64,000 nucleotides of DNA, from positions 2,294,001 through 2,358,000 of the forward strand of contig CDLV01000007.1 of NCBI GenBank assembly GCA_001244265.2. The letters run 5' to 3'. The notes below the pieces were generated by a model, which worked only from the letters and a program-made list of their open reading frames with translations, searched no databases and had not been told where the DNA came from. Of the stretch, positions 45,204 through 55,500 are shown piece after piece. This DNA comes from Microbotryum violaceum (Eukaryota). The stretch's first letter is position 1, and each line of letters opens with the position of its first letter. The position numbers and the translations under genes are program-made.

Positions 45204-47461
45204 ATGTACCTTTCGTCTTCGTCCTTTGTCGCGCTTGGCCTGCTCTCGGGCCTCGCCACGGCCATCTCGACTGCCCAGATCGAAAGTGTGTTTGGACAAG
45301 GCGCTCAAGGATTGACCGGTAGCTCGACCACGCTCCCCAACTTTGCCCTCTCCCTTGTCACCAACTCGAGTGAGTGCGCCTTCTGCTCTGCATGGTCTTG
45401 TGATGGGGCCGGAAGCTGTTACTCCCGGTTCCGTTTCCGTGACTTGCACGTTACAAGCGGGGTCCCGCCCGAAGGCGATCTCAAAGCAGCAAGCTTGGCG
45501 GCGCGCGCGCCCAAGACGGCGCCCCATCGAACGACTGTCCAGTGTCAGATCTCCGAAGCGCACTTACGCTGGCTAAACGGCGATCGAGGCCCCTCGCCGG
45601 GGGCGTGCCTTCTGGGCTGTCTCCGCCGCTCGTGGAAAATCCGAAATCTTGCTTTGTCGGATCTCATCTTCGCCAAGCCAACCTTGGTAGCCTGACGCGT
45701 AATGTACCGCTGCCGGTCATCTCCTTTTCCACGGCCTCATTGCGGCTGGTCATTTCCAATCCAAGTTACCTTCCGAAATGGAACCGAGCCCCTAAACTAA
45801 TCAAGCGCATTTCCTTTTTAACCCCCTCTTCCTTCGTCGCTCGACCCGATCAATCATGTAAATTGCATCTTGTTATCAGCACATGCTCTCATCACATTCA
45901 ATTCCACGAGCATTAGACCATCAGCGGTGGGATGGATGGGTTTTGGTAAGTGCTTGCTCTTCCCCTTGCTGCTCGAATCGTACCCGATCCACCTCCGTGC
46001 TCGCCGACTTCGGCATCATCACGCCCGAACGTCTCGGGCGCGCTCAAGCTCAACCGGATATCCACGCTCACGCTATTACCTTACTCTTAAGGCCATGAAA
46101 GCTGACGTGATGCTCTTTCGTCTGCATTTGCTCTTTCTTGCTCTGTAGGTGTCGGAACGGCCATGGTGAGTTTGCTCTTCATCGATCATCTTCCAGCGCC
46201 CGCAGCGCCGATGGAGGAAGCGCAATGGCTCAGTTTAGGGGCGGCCGCCTCAGGGCTGTGCAGAGCATGAACACTGATCTTCCTCATCGTTCTGTGACCT
46301 TCTCAGGCCAATGCCGATTTCCTCGTTGTCTGGCCCACACCGGCGGCGTCATACACGAACGGACCGGGCTGGACCATCTCACACCGAACCACGACCGGTG
46401 AGAACGAGCCCAAGGTCGCCAGCACGGACGCATCCTTGGCGACCAATACCTTCTACACCGTCGTTGAGCCCCTTTCGAGCAAGCCAACAGACTCGTACGC
46501 GAGTGTCTCCGTCTTGCGACTCTTGACGTTCCCTTCGGGCTACCCGGCCCTGTCGCGCGCGAACTCCGGTAACCTCGTCCGCACCGGACCCAACAACTTC
46601 ATCTACGCCAGTTCGACAGTCGCCCCTGCGTCGGCGGACCAAGGAGCGTTTTTGACCCAGCACAACCAGGCCCATGCTCGCACCTCGCTTGACCTCAGCC
46701 AGGCCGTCACGATCCCCGCGACGGGAGCGTCCGCGACCAAGCCCGCTGCGGGTGGAGCGACCACGACCGGTGCCGGGCCGCAGCAAACCTCGAACACGAA
46801 CGCTGGAGGTGGACTTGCCTCCGAATCGTCGGGCCGCACCAAGCACGACATGATTTTGATCGCTCACGCCGTGACCGCCAGTCTCGCGACCATGATCCTC
46901 ATGCCCGGCGCTATCTTGATCGCGCGCTATTTCCGAACAACGCGCTGGTTCCCTCTCCACGTTGCGTTCAACTCGCTCGCCGTCATCTTGATAATTGTCG
47001 CTTTCGGTACGGCCGTGTACGTCACCGGCGGTGGCTTTGGTGATGCGACGCATTACTCCGTCGGCCTCGCCATCTTCATCATCATCCTCGTCCAAGCCGG
47101 CCTCGGCTACGGTGCCCACCTCACGCGCCGACCCGATCTCGCTTCGGGTGCCCGCTTGCCGACGTTGACGGGCAAGTCGCCCGTTCGTCACGTCCACGCT
47201 TTGCTCGGATTGGCGCTGATCGCGTTGGGCTACTACAACGTGCACGAGGGTTTCGAGCAATGGACCCTTGACTCGGACGCGGCGACCAAGGTCCCCAAGG
47301 CCGTCACGGTTATCTACTGGATCCTCTTGGGCGTCGGTGCGGGTCTCTACGTCCTCGGCTGGGTCTTTGAAGGACTTGGCAAAAGCAACCACCAGGCATT
47401 GAGGTCGAACGAGAACTTGCCGACGAGCCAAATGACCTCGGCGGAGACCCATAGGCACTAG
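45204..47461 (+). CDS. Signal peptide + heme-type DOMON (CDH cytochrome-like) + cytochrome b561 membrane protein
   Basis: Exons 45204-45369, 45880-45945, 46150-46166 and about 46307-47461. GWMGFG|VGTAM|ANADFLVVWP...ISHR; transmembrane region with four His (IAHA, PLHV, ATHY, HVHA). Confidence 0.8.
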
Positions 47462-47563
47462 AGCTGACCTCGGCTGCTTTGACGATGATACGACTTTTTT
47501 CTTTCTATAAGCTCCCTCGTCTTTGTCTATTAGCTCGGGTCTCTCTTGCTCGTCCGCTTACTC

Positions 47564-47645
47564 GGTCGTGCGTGAATGCCTGTTCTTATTTGTTCATAGG
47601 TCGTGCTTAGAATGCCTGTCCTTATTTGTTCATAGGTCGTGCTTA
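47564..47645. repeat. About 36-bp tandem duplication between convergent genes
   Basis: GAATGCCTGTYCTTATTTGTTCATAGGTCGTGCTTA occurs twice. Confidence 0.9.
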
Positions 47646-47818
47646 CAGAGATTCTGGAATTTGGGATCGAAAATTTCTTCTTGCTGCTCTTGGCAATATG
47701 TCTTACTATAGGTCTTTGTCCGTACCTTGTCAATAATGATAAAGTCTTTCCTTCATAACAAAACGTTCCTCGATCTCGGTACATTTTACAAAGTAAACAG
47801 CTCCTTCACCCCCCCCTT

Positions 47819-48457
47819 TCAAAGCTTCTTCTTGGACGCTGTCGTCCCCCGATCCTTCCCTCCAGCTACAAACTTTGTAGATGAAGTACCAACTAAAGGT
47901 GATTTGGGAACCACGGCAACCTTGGCCTTGACGTTTTGCCTCGAACTCTTGACCAAGATCAAACCGACGAAAGCGCCGATCGTCATCAAGCCTGAAAGCA
48001 TGAGCAGAGCCGGTATTCGAATCGCCCATTCACGCGGCGGGAAATAGTTGATTAGCGGGGAGGAGGAAGGGAGGAAGGGCTGTAGGTGTGGGAGCGTGAG
48101 AGGTGCGGGGATGTTAGTGTTGCCTTTTTTTCAGCTGGAGTAGACGTGAGTAGTCCGTTAATGGGCAACGCACGGTGAACAGGGTCCAGATGGTGTAGTA
48201 GGTGAAGACAACGATGGCGGTGGAGAGCATCAGCCCTGCGTTATCAAAGTGTGGGAGAGAGGTTCGTTCGTGAGCTGATCAGAGAAACCAACGAGGTCCA
48301 ATGGCTTCTCTTGTGTTGGTTTTTTTTCTTACCTCCAACGAGCTTATCCGTCATAGGCTGTGAGGGGGAGGAGGGATCCCGAGGTCAGCTTCCGTCTGTC
48401 TTGTGGTGGGGGCCAGTTGCGGTGCGCTTAGGTGGTTGACTGAGGCGTACTCACCAT
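47819..48457 (-). CDS. DPM2: Dolichol-phosphate-mannose synthase regulatory subunit, 4 exons
   Basis: M|PMTDKLVG|GLMLSTAIVVFTYYTIWTLFT|PFLP...YFPPREWAIRIPALLM matches the DPM2 signature. Confidence 0.88.
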
Positions 48458-48844
48458 TGTTGAAGCTATCGGATGAGAACCTTGATGGATCTGAGTACAA
48501 TCGCTCGATTCGACCAGTGTAGGAAGCCGGACGATCAAGAGAACGGAGCTTCGAGCAACTCGGTTTGTCCAAAGGTTGCGAGCACGGACCAGCTGAGACG
48601 TTCTCTCTACGCGATCGAGCCGTGCAGCGGTGCTCAGTCCATGATTAATCAGAGCAAAGAGTGGCTTATATCCTCATGACAAGTAGCGTAAAAAAACTGA
48701 ATACTTAAATATTATATACAAGTGGTGAACTATAGTAGCGATGGGTTGATCGGAACTCGATAGCACAATACTAAACACGATGGCGAAAAATCTACACGTC
48801 GAAAGGTGGGAATCGGGGGTAATACACCAGAATGAAGAGACACA

Positions 48845-49942
48845 TCACGCGACGAGACATCCACAGCAGCCGTCAGATCTATCTCCTTTCTTCACTGCGA
48901 CTGCAACGGAGATGGGTTTCCCAAGGTCAGACACGACGAGCAGAAGCTCTATTCTTCGGTGACTGAACTCACGTGATTTCTCGGACTTGCTGAGCGACAG
49001 CGGGCGGACATTGACGTGCAGGACGGTAGGATTGGCACCCTCCGAGCTGCCGATACCGTAAGCTACAAATACGAAACAAGTAAGTGTCATCTTCGCAAGT
49101 TTAGGGAATCGGTATCACCACTGGCACGTACTCGAAAGAGTTTTGTCGTCCTCCAAGATTTTGCCGAGATAGAGCCTGATTTGCAGTCACGCGGTGGTCA
49201 GCGTCGACACAGCTCGCCACAACCCACACCAGACCACGTATCCTCACAATCTCAAGCTCTTTGTCGAAGGCGGCAATTCTTCCGGTCCACTCCATTCTGT
49301 CCGAGAAAACGACGAGTGCTTGGATCAGTCCTTTGCCCCGAGCCTGCAGTGAAGAGAAGATACCGACGCCCAACACTCACCTGGCGGCCATCGTTGCCAA
49401 AGGATCTCTCGCGTCCTTTGGATCGACGTCTTGTCCCCGATCGACAGCCTCATCCTCTTTCCACTGAGCAGGAGAAATTCGAGACCGACAGGCGTGCCTT
49501 GGCCGATAGCTTCTACTGAATGATCGACCGTGGGGTCCTTGCCAGACGAACGGGAGATCTGGTGAATCGTATGGGACGTCAAGGGCGAGGAGTCCAGACC
49601 ATTCGTAAATTTGGTCGAATCGTGGGCGACGTCATCGGCAAATGTTGTCGTTGAAGCCGGTGCGGAGGGAGGAAGGGCAGCGTCAATTGCACTGTTCGGT
49701 GCTGGCACGGGCTGAGGAGCCAACATGATGGGAGCGGGCGCTTCGAGCGTCGCTCTCCGAGTGGCCAATTGAGTCGAGAGGAGCGGATCCGACTCGGCTT
49801 CTTCGGGAGGTTCCTGCAATGCTGTGGCGATGTCCAGTTCGGAAGGAAAGGATCGAAGTGCGGGCTGGACGGGCAGTTGGAGCTGATCCTGCTGCTGCTG
49901 CGGGAAGGAGAGTGGGCCTTGAGGAGGAGGGTCGCCGGCCAT
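48845..49942 (-). CDS. Membrane-anchored ubiquitin-fold protein (UBL3/MUB-like) with a disordered N-terminal extension
   Basis: LEFLLLSGKR...ILWQRWP, YLGKILEDDKTLS, PTVLHVNVRP and C-terminal GCCGCLVA* (Cys residues plus CaaX). Confidence 0.8.
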
Positions 49943-50031
49943 GGCAGTGGCAGTGACAGTGGTGGTGGTAGTGGTAGTGTAGTGGTGGTGGTAGTGGCAG
50001 TGGCAGTGGCAGTGGCAGTGGCAGTGGCAGT
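49943..50031. repeat. (GGCAGT)n/(GGT)n compound microsatellite immediately upstream of the UBL3-like ATG
   Basis: Directly visible in the sequence. Confidence 0.9.
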
Positions 50032-50335
50032 GTCGGTGTGGGGTCTTACGGTAGCAATCTTGCTTGAACCATGGGGTGCTTACTGGGCTTGAACGAAGAC
50101 GAAGACTCAAGACGGCGCAGACGATCCGGAGGAGGCTGGGCAGACGGGAGGAAGCGAAGAGGGTTCCGAATCGAAGCGGCGTGTGGGGGCGGCGCGCCCG
50201 GCGATAACGACGCTGAATGGCACGTGAGCGCGCGCGCCTGCAGGCTGAACACCCGAAAGGGCCGTGAGGCCGAGAGGCCGTGAGGAGCGAAATAAAACAG
50301 GCCTCCTTTCATCCTCTGCACATCCGAGACCAAGC

Positions 50336-50992
50336 ATGGCACCTGCACCCAAGAACACGTCGACGACACGTCAACTCGTCATCAAGACGGGCGTCGTCAA
50401 CAGGTAAGCTAGCCTCGAGCTTGGCACCGCCTCCCGCCCATCTGCACAGGCAGCTAACACTCAGAGCCACGTCACTTCACGTCGCGTCGCGTCATTTGTC
50501 AACCCGCGCCATCGATATCGACTGCTTGGTCTTATTACGAGAACCTAAAGAGTCGTCAAAGAACTTCAATCGTACAAGTCCGAGGCCGTGACAATGGCAT
50601 CAAGGGTCGAAAAGATGGAGCAGAACAACGAAGACGAAGCTGAGATCAGGCAACAGGTCAGCCGAAACCCTTGTCACCCAGCATGAGGTGGACCCAACGA
50701 GGAGCTGATCCTGTACTTCGGTCAATTGGTTGACTACAGAAACGAGTTCATGCCGAGTCTTTGGCGATGATCCCGGATTCGGAACAACGGTTAGCCAAGG
50801 CCGTCGCCGAGTTGGAGGATCTGATCGTCAGTCTTTGAACTTGGCTATCCGTAACACATGGTTTTCCTCTCTGATTTATTTTGTTTCCTTCGTTCATAGG
50901 AAGCCTCAGAAGAAGAGACATCCGGGGCAGAAGAGTTGGAAAAGGCCAAGCAAGCCGTCGCAGCGAGTGGGGTGGCCACGTCGGCAGCATGA
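50336..50992 (+). CDS. TBCA: Tubulin-folding cofactor A (TBCA/Rbl2), 4 exons
   Basis: RQLVIKTGVVNR|VVKELQSYKSE...EIRQQ|KRVHAESLAMIPDSEQRL. Confidence 0.9.
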
Positions 50993-51120
50993 AGATGATC
51001 CGCCCTTGATCTTTCTAAACAGGCATACGGTAATCGGTAATGACGTATATCTCCAAAATTGTCACACATAAAACTTCCGACACAGCGAAGCTACAACGAT
51101 ATGATCCGCCGCGTGGTTCC

Positions 51121-52602
51121 TCACCAGAAAACCCTGACCGCGACTTCGACCGACCTCGGTCGATCCGACGTGCCTCGATCTAACCTCATCCGATACGTCA
51201 CGCCACTATTCTTAGGCCGATCCCTCTCCCCCGTTTCAAGATTCTCTGTCAACTCAACGATCCTTAACCTCGGATACGCATCAGGTTGTCCAAGCAAGGT
51301 CTTGGTCCCCGCTGCGACTTGATCGAATAAATTCGTCGGCTCGTATTGTCCTACCCGGACGGAGGTGAGCTTGATGCTCTCTAGATCGAGACAGGCTCGG
51401 AAAGTTTGGATCGCGTAGAGAGCATCGAGGTATGATCCTAGTTCGAGCCTCTTGAGAGCGGGACAAGACCGAGCGATCGGTTTGACCAACTGGGACAAGC
51501 GATATTGATTCGAGGTTGTCGTGCGAAGATCCGTGAGATATGATCCATAACTTTCGAGGAAGCGCACGAGATCACCGGGAAGAATCTGGTGTTCGATGAT
51601 GTCGAGGCGAGTAAGGGTCGTTTGTGAGTTGGAAAGAATTTGAGCGAGCTCGGGATAGGATGTCTTGGCATGTTGGCCAAAGGCGATGGTAAGCGACTCG
51701 AGTTGGCAAGAGAGAGCCGAGTCTTCTTCTCGTTGTCGTGATCGTAACCTAGCTCGGAGCGTCAGGTGCTTGAGATGAGGCCAAGAAGGTTTAGGAGATT
51801 CCGGGGTGAAGACCTCCGGCTCGTCCTCCTCGACCTGATGGTCAAGTCGAGGGGTCACCGGTGTCGACGGTCCCACGAGTTTAGCCAATTCGTCAAAGTA
51901 CAGCGGTGCTGTTCCCCAAATGGCCCGAATCTCGGGGTTGTAGTTGATGATCCAAGGTTCCTCGCCGGCATGCCCATCGCCGTACGAGAAGGATTTGATC
52001 GAGCTCAACTTGGCCAAAGCCAGATGGAGATCGCTTGCATCGACGTGTGTCACTCCAGGGAGGTCAAGGAAGGTGAGATTAGGACATAAACCAATCATTT
52101 CGATTGAAAGTTTAGATATGTGCCGTCGATCGATCTTGGCTTCCGTTCGAGCGCGACTGGTCCAATTGCCGAGATGGATGGACCGGACTGCAGATGCTAG
52201 GTCGAGACGCTGGGAGAGACTCGCGTGAAGCATCGACATGCGCTCATAAACGTGTTTCTTGGCCGTGGGTGAGAGGTAAGGTGAGGAGTGGAGAGCCTTC
52301 TGAGCTGGGGTACCCCACAACTTTGAAGCGAGCGAGAGCGACGACAGTGTCGTCGTCCGTATGGGGTCGGTGAAATCGAGCACGGCGTCGATGATGCATT
52401 CGATAATGTCCAAGGGGAGGTCCAACAGTGTCGTTTTGCCGATGATGGCGGGGCCAGGAGCGTAGCTCGCGACGGATGGAGCTGCTGGCATGCAGCCGAT
52501 CGGATTAGTCACACCGATCGCGATCGGGATCTCGCTCGTTGTGGGGTAGTGAAGCACTTGCGACTCACCAAAGTCTTCCGGCCCGACGTGGTCGAATACC
52601 AT
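51121..52602 (-). CDS. F-box-like / RNI-LRR-like protein, single exon; start uncertain (52602 or 52491)
   Basis: 497-codon ORF with LLDLPLDIIECIIDAV F-box-like motif and repeated xPxLxxLxL motifs (CPNLTFLDL, WPHLKHLTL, CPALKRLEL, YPRLRIVEL). Confidence 0.7.
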   Translation of the reverse strand: MVFDHVGPEDFGESQVLHYPTTSEIPIAIGVTNPIGCMPAAPSVASYAPGPAIIGKTTLLDLPLDIIECIIDAVLDFTDPIRTTTLSSLSLASKLWGTPAQKALHSSPYLSPTAKKHVYERMSMLHASLSQRLDLASAVRSIHLGNWTSRARTEAKIDRRHISKLSIEMIGLCPNLTFLDLPGVTHVDASDLHLALAKLSSIKSFSYGDGHAGEEPWIINYNPEIRAIWGTAPLYFDELAKLVGPSTPVTPRLDHQVEEDEPEVFTPESPKPSWPHLKHLTLRARLRSRQREEDSALSCQLESLTIAFGQHAKTSYPELAQILSNSQTTLTRLDIIEHQILPGDLVRFLESYGSYLTDLRTTTSNQYRLSQLVKPIARSCPALKRLELGSYLDALYAIQTFRACLDLESIKLTSVRVGQYEPTNLFDQVAAGTKTLLGQPDAYPRLRIVELTENLETGERDRPKNSGVTYRMRLDRGTSDRPRSVEVAVRVFW

Positions 52603-53139
52603 CCTCGACCCCAATCCTTGGTCTACTCGAAGCGGTCTTGCGGAGAAACGGAGGGAACTGAAGCGAGGAAAGTACTCAAGGTCGAATTAGTGGAGCGCCG
52701 CCTTGCGGTGTTATCGCGGCGGAGATGTCCCCGGGCATGTGCATCGACATGAAGCCATATGACGACAGCGAGAAACAGGACTGTGATTATTTTATTTTTT
52801 TTTTTTTTTGGTAACAACACTGGTTAAAAATACAAGCCCTCAGTCAAGCGACCCGAAACGACTACTACTACTCGATAAGCAGGGCGGCGCGGCGCCAAAA
52901 AATCGCTCCCGAGTGGAAACAAGCAAAAGAGATAGTCGGCAACGAGAAAAATGCTACACCTTCGTGAAAAGGAAAATTCTAAGGGGGAAGAATTTACTTG
53001 ATACAGGTGCAAAGTGATGTTGCGACCACAAGTGGTCGGCGTATTTCCTTCCGCGAGGCCAGCTCGCGGCACAGGGCTGAAGCGGAAGCAACGATCGCTG
53101 TGGTTTTTTGGGGCAGCAGCTCCAACACGGCTTCGTTGT

Positions 53140-54434
53140 TTATGACGAGTTGAACGTGTAGCGTGAGTCACGGCGACCGGTCAACCTCCACTTCACGCCC
53201 GACTCGACGGTGTTCTTGTCGTTCGTCGTCGAGCCATGCAGCAACCCGAAGGCGTTGTAGATGACATCGATGCTGGCCGGTGTTCGGACCCACTGTATGA
53301 GATAGGCGAACGGAATGCGGAGGTGAGCAAAGAGTCCACCTAATATACTCTGTTGGAAGTGTATGGCGAAACTGGCCTTGGAATCGAAGCCATCCATGAT
53401 GATCAAGTTGACCGTTCTGCCATCGGCAGTGACGACCTCCGCCTCGAGACCGCAGTAGGCTTGACCGGCCCGGACGTTGGATCCACCAAAGTTCGCGAGC
53501 ATCACGGAAACGTCGGGTGCAAAGCCAGGCAAAGAGTCATCACTGAGGGAACAGAGAATGCGAGGCGACGATGAGGACCGTTATGGGAGGTCAAGACCAA
53601 GCCTTCCGGACCGCCGCGGGAGGAACTCACTATTCGTTGTAGCACCACGAATGTCCGTTTGTCGAGTCCTGAATCGAGTCAGTCTGGTGGATCATGTTTT
53701 AGAATAAGTTCACAGAATTAAATGAATTACACCCTTCCCTCAATCACTTACGCGGAACCAAGAGGCGATTGCGTTCGTGTTCCAGCCGTTGGACTGCGCC
53801 CTGAAACCGGTGATACCATTGGACGCAAGCTGGGCGTCGACCATGTGTCCAGAAACAGCAGCGAGGAGCGTTCCACCCGAAGTAGCCTGGCCCGAAGAGG
53901 CGGCTTGGCATTTCTTGTCCTTCCACGTGTAGCCGCTCTTGCAGGCTGAGATAAGGCAAGCGAACAGGAGGGGCAAAAGCGGGGTGGCGCGAATAGGAGG
54001 TAGCGAATCGAGGAAGTTAGTTCCAATTCCCCCGGAAACCCGAAACCCGATAAGCGAAGCGTCGAATCGCAAAAACAACGCACCGAAACCACATTTCCCG
54101 CCATTGCATGTCTGAACCGCATTTCTTGGGGCGGCCTGTGTGCACTGCGCGACGCGTCGGCACGACTGGGACCCCCTTGTTTTGAGGGCAGAGACTCCTG
54201 AGGGTGCGCACCAACGGATGAGTACAGCATTGATGGGAGTAAGAAGCAATTGCCACAAGCGCGGTCATTAACTTTAAGCTAAGACATGACCAGGATTTAA
54301 CTGATGATTGATGGGTTTGCAATGAACTGGGAAAACTCACCTTGACCGAGAGAGGAGTCCACGGGCGCCGGGGCGGCCTGAAGCAGCGCCGGAACGAGGC
54401 TCAGGCAGGCCAGGCGATACAGCGTTCGAAACAT
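53140..54434 (-). CDS. Secreted protein with a Cys-rich module and a C-terminal RlpA/expansin-like (DPBB-like) domain
   Basis: Hydrophobic N-terminus MFRTLYRLACLSLVPALLQA; C...NAVQTCNGGKCGF|ACKSGY...C; ASWFR..TNGHSWCYN..DDSLPGFAP...YCGLE...IMDGFD..WVRTPASIDV. The fold assignment is from memory. Confidence 0.65.
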
Positions 54435-55042
54435 GATGATGGTGGATGAAAACCAAGAGACCTCGAGGAAATGTGGACGACAGAAGGACAGAAGGTGACC
54501 CAGAGAGATGGCACAATTTGTGTGTGTTTTGCGCCGCGGGCATATTAGGGTGCTTCAACTTGAATTTGATCGAGGACGCCGTGTTCCCCTGATCTGGACC
54601 TGATCGCCGGGCGAAACGACGGCTCGGAAGCAGAAAAGGGTTCGCAGCCTCCAAAAGAGGGTTGCCTCGCGTCAAATCGCTGAGCAGCGCGGCGCCGAGG
54701 CCCATAGCCGTCTGCCAGGTTTCAGAGTTGACGACGACCTCCATTTTCATTTTCCGCCGCCTTCTATCTCTCACTTTCATCCATGAGGTCGGACTCGCAT
54801 TATGATGACAAGACTTAAAACTATAAAAAAAAATCCTGCTGTCAGGTTCAGGGAAGTACAGGACCAGGGGACCACCCCCCAAAAATGGCAAGGCATTTGT
54901 TTTTTCGGTAAGCCAAAGCCGGATCGTCGAGATTAGCGCCCTCTGATCTACTCTGCGGCCTAAGCGTAGATCACCCCTCTTCCTGGCAACTCTCACGACG
55001 GAGCCGGCGTGCGGCCGTGATGCTCGCCGTCGCGCGAGAACG

Positions 55043-55390
55043 AGTGACCGACGAATCTGACGGCAATGCTGACGCGCTGACGCGCTGACGTTGAGACTTC
55101 GACCACAACCACTCGGCAAAAAGTCGCCACGACCTCGGCTTTCAATTGATCCGTTCTGCTCGACCCTTCGGCAACCCAATTGGATCGATCACCAATCCCA
55201 CTACTGTAGCAGCAATTGCATCTTCGGCAGCAGCGGCCGCAGCAGCAACTGCGAACTACTCCCGTGCCGCCGCCACTACCACCAGCTCTGCGAGCTCGGG
55301 AACAGGGGGCACGGCCTCGAAGAACGTTGGCAGCTCCATCATTATCGTCTACACGGCGTCACTCAGCACGCCCGCCAACACCACCATCAT
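55043..55390 (+). pseudogene. Inverted near-identical fragment of exon 1 (59025-59357) of the neighbouring secreted-protein gene
   Basis: Encodes IRSARPFGNPIGSITNPTTVAAIASS...ASLSTPANTTI, the same peptide as the minus-strand ORF 58856-59524. It lacks the signal peptide and the C-terminal domain. Confidence 0.92.
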
Positions 55391-55500
55391 GAGTCCTTGC
55401 ACACCCCTCGATGCACCCCAAATAGGCCACACAAGTGCTGTCCACCTCCACCACCTGAGAAACCTTATTAGAAGGATATAGGTATAATAATTTGCAAAAA

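Noticed and set aside
46379..47458. 359-aa minus-strand ORF
   Set aside because: Antisense shadow of the DOMON-b561 last exon.
49943..50110. HCHCHC metal-binding N-terminal extension of the UBL3-like protein
   Set aside because: There is no in-frame upstream ATG; it is the translation of a hexamer microsatellite.
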